DNA of 56,486 nt from Anaerolineae bacterium. Its GTDB lineage: Bacteria > Chloroflexota > Anaerolineae > Aggregatilineales > JAFGMM01. This document shows positions 44,721-52,838 of this stretch, one piece after another. Positions within the stretch are counted from its first letter, which is position 1. Every line of letters starts with the position of its first letter. The notes beneath the pieces are model-generated. The model did not search any database and had not been told where the DNA came from. It saw only the letters and a program-made list of their open reading frames with translations. Made by a program: the position numbers and the translations under genes. Where the stretch lies: contig DAOTXU010000393.1 in assembly GCA_034435135.1 (NCBI GenBank), positions 1-56,486 of the forward strand, written 5' to 3'.

Positions 44721-46631
44721 TCACACGACCCCTTCCACGCCCGCCGCGACCGGCGCGGGGTCGCCGTCAAAGAGCAAACGCATCATCATCTCGAACGACA
44801 TCAGCGGCGCGAGCCGCCCGATGGTGTGCAACTCATGCCCCGCCAGGTGCCGCGCCCACAGCGAGCGCACCAGGTCAGGGTTGAAGATGCCGCGCGCCAG
44901 CGTGCGCTCGTCGAAGAGCAGCCTCTCACTCCACGCGCGCAGGTCGGTGCGCAGCCATTCCTCGTAGTCCGCGTAGAGGACGACGGTCTCAGTCGCGTCG
45001 CCGCCCACGTACCGGCGCACGAGCTTCCCCGCCTTGCGCGCGACCTTGTGGGCCAGGACGTACCAGCGCCGGTCGGTGATCGGCACGCTGTTGCTCGCGT
45101 AAGGAACCATGGCCAGGTGCGGCATCTCGCGGTTGATGACCGCCGCCTGCAACCGCCCGCCCAGGCGCATCTCCAACGGCAGCCCCAGGACGAAATCGAT
45201 CAGGGGGTAGTCGCCGAACGGGTAGCGCATCTCGATGTGCGAGCGCATGAAATTCGCGTAGTTGTGCGTCAGCCGGGTAGTGTGGTTCCAGGCCTGCCAG
45301 TAGTTCAGCCGCCGTTCGGGGCTGAACTTGAGGTATGCACACGCCTCCCGGCGCAACGACTCAAACGCCAGCTCGTTAAGGCCGGCGTAGGCGTCGGTGA
45401 AAAGCAACCTGGCTTCCGCTTCCAGGAAGCCCGGCCATGACATCACGCCCGACATGGCGTGGAACAAATGCGTCTCCCAAGCCACATCGTCCATCGAGTG
45501 CGCCATGGGCGGCATCAACTCGTAGGGTCGGGGGGCGAGAAACTCGTCGCCGGCCCAGCCGGTCAGGTTGAAGTCGATGGTCCCGCGCATGGCCGGCAGG
45601 GTAGTGATGCCGTGCATATGCACCCAGTTGTGAAGCCCCTCGGTCAGCGCCAGGTGAAAGGGCGCGTTCGCCTCCACCCACCTGCCGTCGGTGAACTCAA
45701 AGTAATAGTGCACGCTGCCCGCACGGTCGGCCAACTGCCGGGCGTAGATCACATCGGTGCTCTGGCGCTGCCCGAAGTTCACCGTCGTGACACACCGACC
45801 GCCCTCCGTCGCCAACCCCAACGCCAGCCGTGAGTCCAGGCCGCCGCTCAGGTAGAGGCCGGGACGCAGCCCGCCGTCCAACAGCCGGTCCATCGCCGCG
45901 CGCAAAAGCCGCGCGGTCTCGGCGACGGCATCCTCGAACGTCACCGACGGCGGCGGCGCGGGAATGTGATCGTAGTCCCAGTACCGCGTCAGCGTGAGCG
46001 CGTCGGCGCGCGCGTCGTAGCGCAGGATGCTGGCGTAGGGCAGTATCTTCACCCCTTCAAAGAAAGTCTTGTCGCCCAGCAAGCGCTGAAAGCGCAGGCA
46101 CTCCGCCGCCGCCGCCAGGTCGAGCCGCTTCTCGAAACCCCGGTCGCACGCGAAGGCTTTCAGTTCCGGCGCGAACACCAGCCGCCCGCCGTAGTGCGCG
46201 TAGAACGTCTGGTAGCGCCCCAGCCGGTCGTTGACCAGCCATAGCGTTTGGGTCGTCCCATCCCAAATGCACGTCACAAACGGCCCGTGCAGCCGGTTCA
46301 CGAAGCCAACGCCGTGCGCCTGGTACAGGCGCAGCGTCAGCTCCTCGAAAGTGTCGGTTTGGAAAACGACGCCTTGCGTTTCCAACTCACGCCGGAGCGG
46401 GGCAGCGTCGTAGAGTTCGCCGGTGAAGAAAACGACCAGGTCGCCGTCGCAGGCGGGTTGAGGGCAGCGGTTGAAAACGCCGATGCCGACCCGCCCAAGC
46501 GCGGCGTGAGGCGCGACGTGGGTATCCACCTGGTACCAGGAGCGATGCGTCATCGCCGCCGTCATCGCGGTTAACCGATCGGTCTGTGCGTTCGTTTCAT
46601 CGCCGCTACAGACGCCAAAGACGCCGCTCAT
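44721..46631 (-). CDS. Asparagine synthetase B-like amidotransferase with Ser in place of the catalytic Cys2
   Basis: ATG AGC GGC GTC TTT GGC at 46631 gives MSGVFGV, against the canonical MCGI.G. PP-loop LYLSGGLDSRLALG. 636 aa. Confidence 0.8.
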   Translation of the reverse strand: MSGVFGVCSGDETNAQTDRLTAMTAAMTHRSWYQVDTHVAPHAALGRVGIGVFNRCPQPACDGDLVVFFTGELYDAAPLRRELETQGVVFQTDTFEELTLRLYQAHGVGFVNRLHGPFVTCIWDGTTQTLWLVNDRLGRYQTFYAHYGGRLVFAPELKAFACDRGFEKRLDLAAAAECLRFQRLLGDKTFFEGVKILPYASILRYDARADALTLTRYWDYDHIPAPPPSVTFEDAVAETARLLRAAMDRLLDGGLRPGLYLSGGLDSRLALGLATEGGRCVTTVNFGQRQSTDVIYARQLADRAGSVHYYFEFTDGRWVEANAPFHLALTEGLHNWVHMHGITTLPAMRGTIDFNLTGWAGDEFLAPRPYELMPPMAHSMDDVAWETHLFHAMSGVMSWPGFLEAEARLLFTDAYAGLNELAFESLRREACAYLKFSPERRLNYWQAWNHTTRLTHNYANFMRSHIEMRYPFGDYPLIDFVLGLPLEMRLGGRLQAAVINREMPHLAMVPYASNSVPITDRRWYVLAHKVARKAGKLVRRYVGGDATETVVLYADYEEWLRTDLRAWSERLLFDERTLARGIFNPDLVRSLWARHLAGHELHTIGRLAPLMSFEMMMRLLFDGDPAPVAAGVEGVV

Positions 46632-46708
46632 ATTGGTACGCTCGCTTTCTGATCGATTTCAGGGTGTCGTCGAAGTCATGTCGCCGGCTGAGTCCATAGC
46701 AGAGGAAC

Positions 46709-48694
46709 TCAAGCGGGTTGCTCTGGGGACCCCTTCTCTGTCGGTCCCAGTTCGAGCGCACCAAGGTCTGTGAAGGGCAACACTCGCGGCGACTCGCTGC
46801 CGTTCGGTTGGGGAACCAGGGCCGGCGTCCGCGCCGCGCCGTCCCTCCGCGCCTCGACAGGCAAGTCCTCCTCGCCCAGCTCCTGATTCAGAAAGCCCTT
46901 CAGGCTACCTTCAGAGACCCACCAGCGGAACAGTTTGCGCATCCCCGACAGGCGTCCGGCCTTGCACCATTGGATCGCCGTGGATTTCCGCACCCCTAGC
47001 CGCTGGGCGATGTGCGCGGCAGAGAAGTAGACGGTCCCATCCCTTCGCCTCCAGATATAGCCCACAGGGAGACGGTGCAGGAACGTGAGCCGCCGATAAA
47101 TGCGCCCGGCCAGGCCAGTGGCCGCCTCGTCGGCGTCGTAGCGGTAGCGGTAGCCGCTGCGCTGTCCTTCGAGGGTGATCGGCGCGCCAGTCATCGCCAC
47201 ACCCAACAGGTTAACGTTGCCGGGCGCGAGCAGGCGCTCTTTGGCCTTGCGCATCATCCGGCGCGTGACCCTGCCCACACGCGCGATCAGCACTGTGCCC
47301 TCGGCCAGCGCGGCCAGGATGACTGCATCAGGGGCGACCAGCACCGGCGGGGTGTCGATCACAATGTAATCGTAGCGGGTCTTAAGCAGCGCAAGCAGCG
47401 TGGCGGCTTCGGGCGAACCGAGCAGGGCGGCAGGGTCGCGCCGCGCCACGCCGGTGGTGAGCAGAGACAGGTGGGGAGTCCCGGTCTCGCGGATGGCCTT
47501 GTTCAACAGCGCCTCGCGCGCGTCGGGTTGGACGGTCAACAGGTCGGCCAGCCCGACGATGTTGGGGAGGTCGAAAAGCTCGTTGAGCGAAGGGTGGCGC
47601 ATGTCGCCGTCGATGATGAGCGTGCGCATCCCGGCCAGGGCGCTGGCGACGCCCAGGTTCGCTACCGTGGTGGTCTTGCCGTCCTTCGGGCGCGGGCTGG
47701 TAATGAGCACCACACGCACGCTGTGCGGCGACCGGGTGAGCGCGATGCGCGCGCGCAACTGGCGCACGGCCTCAGCTTTCTGCGAGTGTGGACGATAGCG
47801 CGTGACCACCGGGTCGCGTCGTGAAGGCGGCGCCAGCACCCCCAGCGTCGGCAGCCCTTCCACCTCGTCGATGCCCTTGTCGCGCCAGCGCAGGGTATCG
47901 TCGAAGAATTCCAACAAGACCACAGCGCCTCCGGTCACCAGCAGACCAAGCGTTGCCCCTAAGAGCACGTTCATGGTCTTGTTCGGCGCGACCGGCGTGG
48001 GATTCGGGTAGGGGTGCTCGACCCACATCACCACGCTGGCTGGGTTGGTCGCGGTCAACTGCGCATATTGGACGACGATGGCCTGGTTATCGACCAGCGC
48101 CGTCTCAAGCTGGTTAATCAAGTCCTGCGCCTCGGCGATCTCGGCTGCCGAAGTCATCTCAAGCATGGCCTGGCGCTGTGCGTCGATCTGCTGCTGGAGC
48201 GCCTGCGACCGTTGTTCCGCCGCCGCCTGCGCTTCCAGCCATTGGCGGCGGGTATCCGTGTCGGCGAGCGGGTTTTGCTCTTCAACAAGCTGCCGCCCCA
48301 GCTCTTCGGCGTTGGCGGCGGCCTGCAAGGGGTCGGGGTCATAGACCAGGATTTCCAGCAACTGGGCGTCCGCGACAACGTTCACCTGGATGCGCGCGGC
48401 CAGCTCGTCAGGCCCATAGTCCAGGCCCCGCGCCTCGATCACCGCCTGCGTGATGGGGCGACGCCTGACATACTCGGCGTAGATGTAGGCCAGGCTGCGG
48501 CTCAAGGCCAACGATGTCGGGTTCACATTTACCTCGTGGAAGGACGCTCCGACCGAGACCGTGGCTTTCGACAGATACAACGGGACCTGCTTCGACGTAA
48601 GGTAATAGCTGATGCCGCTGGCGATCACAACCCCGACCAACACCAACCACCACCAGCGTCGGGCGACGCCCCACAGAGTGACTTGCGCTTTCAT
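46709..48694 (-). CDS. Polysaccharide co-polymerase (Wzz/PCP-2a) fused to a BY-tyrosine kinase and to a C-terminal excisionase-type HTH domain
   Basis: ATG 48694 (AAGGG 8 nt upstream). TM1 WWWLVLVGVVIASGISYYL, a coiled-coil periplasmic region, and TM2 VLLGATLGLLVTGGAVVLL. Walker A SPRPKDGKTT, A' LIIDGDMRHP, B YIVIDTPPV. Tyr cluster GYRYRYD. Then AAHIAQRLGVRKSTAIQWCKAGRLSGMRKLFRWWVSEGSLKGFL (about 46883-47029). Confidence 0.8.
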   Translation of the reverse strand: MKAQVTLWGVARRWWWLVLVGVVIASGISYYLTSKQVPLYLSKATVSVGASFHEVNVNPTSLALSRSLAYIYAEYVRRRPITQAVIEARGLDYGPDELAARIQVNVVADAQLLEILVYDPDPLQAAANAEELGRQLVEEQNPLADTDTRRQWLEAQAAAEQRSQALQQQIDAQRQAMLEMTSAAEIAEAQDLINQLETALVDNQAIVVQYAQLTATNPASVVMWVEHPYPNPTPVAPNKTMNVLLGATLGLLVTGGAVVLLEFFDDTLRWRDKGIDEVEGLPTLGVLAPPSRRDPVVTRYRPHSQKAEAVRQLRARIALTRSPHSVRVVLITSPRPKDGKTTTVANLGVASALAGMRTLIIDGDMRHPSLNELFDLPNIVGLADLLTVQPDAREALLNKAIRETGTPHLSLLTTGVARRDPAALLGSPEAATLLALLKTRYDYIVIDTPPVLVAPDAVILAALAEGTVLIARVGRVTRRMMRKAKERLLAPGNVNLLGVAMTGAPITLEGQRSGYRYRYDADEAATGLAGRIYRRLTFLHRLPVGYIWRRRDGTVYFSAAHIAQRLGVRKSTAIQWCKAGRLSGMRKLFRWWVSEGSLKGFLNQELGEEDLPVEARRDGAARTPALVPQPNGSESPRVLPFTDLGALELGPTEKGSPEQPA

Positions 48695-48823
48695 AACATT
48701 GCCCTTTACAACGATGCCCTTCGCATTCGGTCCAGTCTTCGGTTTACGCGCCCCCTCGATGGTGCAGCTCACCCCGACCGGTACGCCAGCCGGGGGTGGG
48801 TGCCGCGCGCGGCTGGATTGCGC

Positions 48824-50500
48824 CTAACTGCGCACCCAGCCCAGCGTCTCTAGGCCGACTTCAATCGCCGACTTAACGACAGCCAGGTTGTTAAACATCT
48901 TGAGATAGGTCAGGATCGGACCAGGGCGGAAAGCCCACTCACGAAACGCGCGTCTCTGGTGGTATTCGAGTTGTTCTTTTGTAAGACCAGGATAGTCCAG
49001 GGCCGTCGATTTGTCCATATCCACTGATTCCCAGCGCTCGCCGGGGCGGAACCAGTCGTTGTCCATCACGTCGAAGAAGAACGGCGTGCCGGGGTACGGG
49101 GCGGCGATGTGGAACAGCGCGATGTCCAGCGGCAGGCTCTTGGCGAAGTCGATGGTCTCCTGGATGGTCGCTTCGGTCTCGCCGGGCAAGCCGATGATGA
49201 AGTAGCCCCAGTTCTTGATGCCGGCCTCCCGCGCGGCGGTCAGGCTCTCGCGGGCGCGCGCAGCGGTGGTGCCCTTCTTCGCGCGCTTGAGAATTTGCTC
49301 GTTGGCGCTCTCGATGCCCCAAGAGATCAGGTAGTTGCCGGCGCGCGCCATCATGCGCAGCATTTCCCGGTCCACATAGTCCACGCGGCTGTTGCACGTC
49401 CACTTGATCTTGACATTTTCGGTCAGCAGCAGGTCGCAGATACCCATCACCTGGTCGCGGTTGACTGTGAAGAGATCGGCGTACATGTGGATGTTGTGCA
49501 CGCCCAGTTCCTTGAGAATCTTGATCTCGTCCACGATGTTGCGCGGTGAGCGCAGCCGGATCGAGTACTGGTAGCTCACGTGCTTGATGCAGTACCGGCA
49601 GCCGGCGGTGCAGCCGCGGCTGGTGACAATGAACGTGAACGGCCCCTTAATCATCGGCATTCGCTGCTTTTCCAGCGGCAGCAGATGGTGAAGCGGGAAG
49701 GGCAGGTCGTCCAGGTTGGGGAAAAACGGGCGGTCAGGGTTGACGACAGTCTCGCCGCCGCGCCGCCACACCAGCCCCTTGATGTGACTCAGGTCCGGGT
49801 TGCCCGGCCCCTTGAAGCCCTCCGGCGCGCGGCTCCACTCGTATTCCGGGTCGGCGTCGCGGAACAGCTTGTCGATCTCGGCGCGGGGATGGACGCCCTC
49901 GAAGTAGTCCATCAACTCGCGCAGGGTCAGTTCCGGCTCGCCGCGCAGGATGTAGTCGAGCGCGGGGAAGTCTTCCATCGTCAGGCGCGGGATGGGGGTC
50001 ACGTGCGTGCCGAAGGCGATGGTTTTCGCCCCCAGGCTCTTTGCCAGGAAGACGCCGTACATGTCGTTGGTCAGCGTTGGCGCGGTAACCTGGGTGAGGT
50101 AATACTTCGGCTGCTTGTCGCGCAGAATCCCCTCGAATTCGGCCCAACTCATGCGCTCGGCGTTGGCGTCGATGATCTCCAACGTGTACTCCGGCGCGAG
50201 CAACGCCGCCAACTGCGCCAGCGACACCTGCGGCCAGATCATGTTCTCGCGCGAGCGCCGTCCGACGCGGTGCTGGCTGCGGATCCAGATTTTCCCGTCC
50301 GGCGTGGGCGGGTTGACCAGCAGGATGTCTACCGCGTCTTTGGGGCGCGGCGGCCTGAGTCTGCGGAACGCCTCGTCGGCGTCGGGCGATTTCGCCATCG
50401 GGAGCCTGGCGACGCGACGGGTCCCCAGGTTGCGCGAGATGTCGCTTTCGACGTTACCGTTGCCTCCCGTGTCCACCTTCTTCTCGAAAAGGTCAACCAT
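48824..50500 (-). CDS. B12-binding-domain radical SAM enzyme (class B rSAM, methyltransferase-like)
   Basis: ATG 50500 with AAGGAG 8 nt upstream. N-terminal cobalamin-binding-type domain (ILLVNPP...EIIDANAE...AKTIAFGTHVT) and the cluster motif VTSRGCTAGCRYC (CxxxCxxC). Confidence 0.8.
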   Translation of the reverse strand: MVDLFEKKVDTGGNGNVESDISRNLGTRRVARLPMAKSPDADEAFRRLRPPRPKDAVDILLVNPPTPDGKIWIRSQHRVGRRSRENMIWPQVSLAQLAALLAPEYTLEIIDANAERMSWAEFEGILRDKQPKYYLTQVTAPTLTNDMYGVFLAKSLGAKTIAFGTHVTPIPRLTMEDFPALDYILRGEPELTLRELMDYFEGVHPRAEIDKLFRDADPEYEWSRAPEGFKGPGNPDLSHIKGLVWRRGGETVVNPDRPFFPNLDDLPFPLHHLLPLEKQRMPMIKGPFTFIVTSRGCTAGCRYCIKHVSYQYSIRLRSPRNIVDEIKILKELGVHNIHMYADLFTVNRDQVMGICDLLLTENVKIKWTCNSRVDYVDREMLRMMARAGNYLISWGIESANEQILKRAKKGTTAARARESLTAAREAGIKNWGYFIIGLPGETEATIQETIDFAKSLPLDIALFHIAAPYPGTPFFFDVMDNDWFRPGERWESVDMDKSTALDYPGLTKEQLEYHQRRAFREWAFRPGPILTYLKMFNNLAVVKSAIEVGLETLGWVRS

Positions 50501-50570
50501 GTCAGAACTCCTTGAGAATGTCCCCTCATTTGGACTTGATGTGATGATGACTGCGAAATCCATTTGCGCC

Positions 50571-50595
50571 GGGCGGGGGCTTAAACCCTCTGCCC
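50571..50595. repeat. Copy of the palindromic element (gggcgggggcttaaaccctctgccc)
   Basis: Imperfect hairpin with a GGCTTAAACC core, 13 nt downstream of the minus-strand stop at 50608 and upstream of the rSAM start. Confidence 0.45.
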
Positions 50596-50607
50596 TGGCC
50601 TCAGGTT

Positions 50608-51870
50608 TCAGGTCGGGCTGACCCGCACCGGCGTGGCTGTTTCCGGGGCCGCCGCTTCGGGGGCGGATGCCTGGCCCAGGTCGCGCGCCGCCTGTTGTCT
50701 GCGTTTGCTCATTTCCTCTAACACGCGCATCAACACCCAGCTAATCATCAACTGAAAGCCTATCACAACGAACATCGCGCTGCCCAGGAAATAGAAAAAC
50801 ATGCTGGCAAAGTCTGGCTGAGCTACACCGGCGTTTGCAATCAGGACCAGAAGGCTGATTGCCAGGCCGACCACAACCGATCCAGCGCCCATCCAGCCGA
50901 AGTGATGGTCGAGCGACGGCTCGAAGATGGGGCGACCGAACAGTCCGAGCTTGACCTCCTCGCCGCGCATCAACCCGGCCAGGTAGTTGAGCGTCGCGCC
51001 GAAGGCGAAAATGCTGATGCCCACCACCGCCGAGACCACCGCCCAGAACAGCGCGAACGCGCCCAGCGGATCGATCTCGGTGGAGCCGCCTGCGCGCGCG
51101 GTCACCAGCGCCGCGCCGATCAGCGCGGCGAACACGACGCCCAGGCCGCCGATAAACCCAAACAGGCGCACCGGGTTGTAACTCAGCCCCGTCCAGATGA
51201 TGGTCTTGAGGAAGCGGATACCGTCCTTGACCGGGTTGAGCTTGGAGCGCCCCTTGCGTTCGTGGTAGGCGATGGGCACTTCGATCATCTTGATGTCTTC
51301 GTGCAGGGCGCGCGTGCTCATCACCGGTGTGAAGTTCAGGCCGTCGGGCAGGGGGTAAAGTTGCTCCAGCGCTGCGCGGCGCAGCAGGCGTTGCCCGCTG
51401 GCGCTGTCGCTGACGGAGGTCTTGCCCACAAAGCTCACCAACCCGGCGAAAAACACATTGCCCACCCGCCGCACCAGGGGCATCTCGCTCTCGGCTCCGG
51501 CCATGCGCGAGCCGATCACCAAGTCGGCGTTCTCGCGCAGCGCGGCCTCGTACATGGCGGGGAACGCCTCCGGCGGGTACGTCCCGTCAGCGTCGAGGAA
51601 AGCCAGCCATTCGCCGGCGGCGTTCTGAAAGCCGGTCTTGATCCCCGCCCCGTAGCCTTTGTTGACCTCATGCTGGAGCAGCCTCACCTTCGGCGCATAA
51701 CCGCGCACGATCTCAGCGGTGCGGTCGGTCGAGCCGTCATCAACCACGATGAGTTCGAGGTCAAGCCCCACCTCCTTGAGCGCCGGTTCTACCGCCAGCG
51801 TCCGCTCGATGATGTTGGCGATCCCATCTTCTTCATTCAACGCCGGGATCACGATGGATACAGTGGTCAT
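50608..51870 (-). CDS. Polyprenyl-phosphate glycosyltransferase (DPM1/GtrB/ArnC-like GT2 with C-terminal TM helices)
   Basis: ATG 51870 (GAGGAAG 6 nt upstream). VSIVIPALNEEDGI...IVVDDGSTDRT...LDADGTYPPE, then about 4 C-terminal helices and a Pro/Ala-rich tail. Confidence 0.8.
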   Translation of the reverse strand: MTTVSIVIPALNEEDGIANIIERTLAVEPALKEVGLDLELIVVDDGSTDRTAEIVRGYAPKVRLLQHEVNKGYGAGIKTGFQNAAGEWLAFLDADGTYPPEAFPAMYEAALRENADLVIGSRMAGAESEMPLVRRVGNVFFAGLVSFVGKTSVSDSASGQRLLRRAALEQLYPLPDGLNFTPVMSTRALHEDIKMIEVPIAYHERKGRSKLNPVKDGIRFLKTIIWTGLSYNPVRLFGFIGGLGVVFAALIGAALVTARAGGSTEIDPLGAFALFWAVVSAVVGISIFAFGATLNYLAGLMRGEEVKLGLFGRPIFEPSLDHHFGWMGAGSVVVGLAISLLVLIANAGVAQPDFASMFFYFLGSAMFVVIGFQLMISWVLMRVLEEMSKRRQQAARDLGQASAPEAAAPETATPVRVSPT

Positions 51871-51931
51871 ACAACTTCCTCTCGCCGGTAGGCCGCTCTT
51901 TGAATCTTTCCGAACCGAAAGAATCTGATTA

Positions 51932-51955
51932 GACAGAGGGCTTAAGCCCTCTGCC
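51932..51955. repeat. Copy of the palindromic element (gacagagggcttaagccctctgcc)
   Basis: 24-bp palindrome with one mismatch and a GGCTTAAGCC core, 12 nt downstream of the minus-strand stop at 51967. Confidence 0.55.
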
Positions 51956-51966
51956 CAGAACCTTGT

Positions 51967-52746
51967 TTACCGAAGCTTCGCGCGCATCCGGTCCAACTCG
52001 CCGAAATAGACCTGTGCGCTCACCTGTCTCTTCACCTGATCTTGCTCGCGCCGGTCGCGGATGACTTTGGCCGGCGAGCCGACGGCGATACTATCGGGCG
52101 GCAGGTCGCGCGTGACGACCGAGCCGGCCCCTACGACGCTGCCCTTGCCGATGCGCACGCCATCAACCACAATAGCGCCCGCGCCCAACCACACGTCATC
52201 TTCGATGACAATGCCTTCGGCGGTGATGCCCTGGTCCGCGATGGGCGTGTCTGGGTCCTGGAACACGTGGTTCACGGCCAGGATTTGCACCATCGGCCCG
52301 GTGAACACCTTGTCGCCCAGGGTCACGCCGCCTTGCCCCCGGATCACCGTATATTCGCCCAGGAAGCCATTCGCGCCGATGGTGATGCCGGCGTGCGGCA
52401 GATCTCGGAAGTTGAACACGTGCAACATGCACCCGTGCATGATCGTCGTGCCCGCGCCGATGCGGATTCCGTCCGGGCAGGCGTGCAGGTAGACGTGCGT
52501 ATCCAGGTACGCGCCCCTGCCCAGGCGGATGTTCGCCGGCTGGGCCAGGCGCACCCCGTGCTCCACCAGCGGGAGGCCGTCGCTCTTGAGAATGAGTTTG
52601 TAGCCGACCGCGCGCAGCCCGATCCCGACTAGACCGGGGACCCACCCCAGCAACCCCATGATGGTCTGTTCCACCACGTATCGGGGGAGGCTGGTGCTTT
52701 GAGCTTTCAGGTAGTACTTCAACTGCTGCACGACGCCCACGCTCAT
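51967..52746 (-). CDS. Left-handed beta-helix (hexapeptide repeat) O-acetyltransferase with an N-terminal membrane segment
   Basis: ATG 52746. Hexapeptide region VIEDDVWLGAGAIVVDGVRIGKGSVVGAGSVVTRDLPPDSIAVGSPAKVI; N-terminal helix LLGWVPGLVGIGLRAVGY. Confidence 0.8.
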   Translation of the reverse strand: MSVGVVQQLKYYLKAQSTSLPRYVVEQTIMGLLGWVPGLVGIGLRAVGYKLILKSDGLPLVEHGVRLAQPANIRLGRGAYLDTHVYLHACPDGIRIGAGTTIMHGCMLHVFNFRDLPHAGITIGANGFLGEYTVIRGQGGVTLGDKVFTGPMVQILAVNHVFQDPDTPIADQGITAEGIVIEDDVWLGAGAIVVDGVRIGKGSVVGAGSVVTRDLPPDSIAVGSPAKVIRDRREQDQVKRQVSAQVYFGELDRMRAKLR

Positions 52747-52838
52747 CAACCCTTAGTGTCTAAATCACCACTCTCAATCTACCGAATACCTGTAAACTGA
52801 CGGTGAACGCCAGGTGAACAAATGCCCAGCGCCCTTTG

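Noticed and set aside
43334-44884. 516-aa plus-strand ORF, and similar long antisense ORFs at 30046-31167, 34239-35333, 39721-40761, 21179-22171, 49580-50515 and 50902-51891
   Set aside because: All lie antisense to minus-strand genes with strong family motifs. They cross gene boundaries and have His/Arg/Pro/Gln-rich compositions characteristic of non-coding frames in high-GC DNA.
39448-46631. The Cys-less AsnB homologs as lasso-peptide cyclases or another RiPP system together with the radical SAM gene
   Set aside because: I found no small precursor ORF, no transglutaminase-like leader protease and no PqqD-like RRE nearby. Every neighbour is a glycan enzyme. It is kept only as an alternative to test.
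18728-48694. Interpretation as a PEP-CTERM/exosortase-type EPS locus (GT4 N-termini, AsnB-like genes and PCP kinase resemble exosortase-associated families)
   Set aside because: No exosortase (EpsH/Xrt) gene and no PEP motif in the C-terminal tails are present in the window, so the resemblance is only at the general family level.
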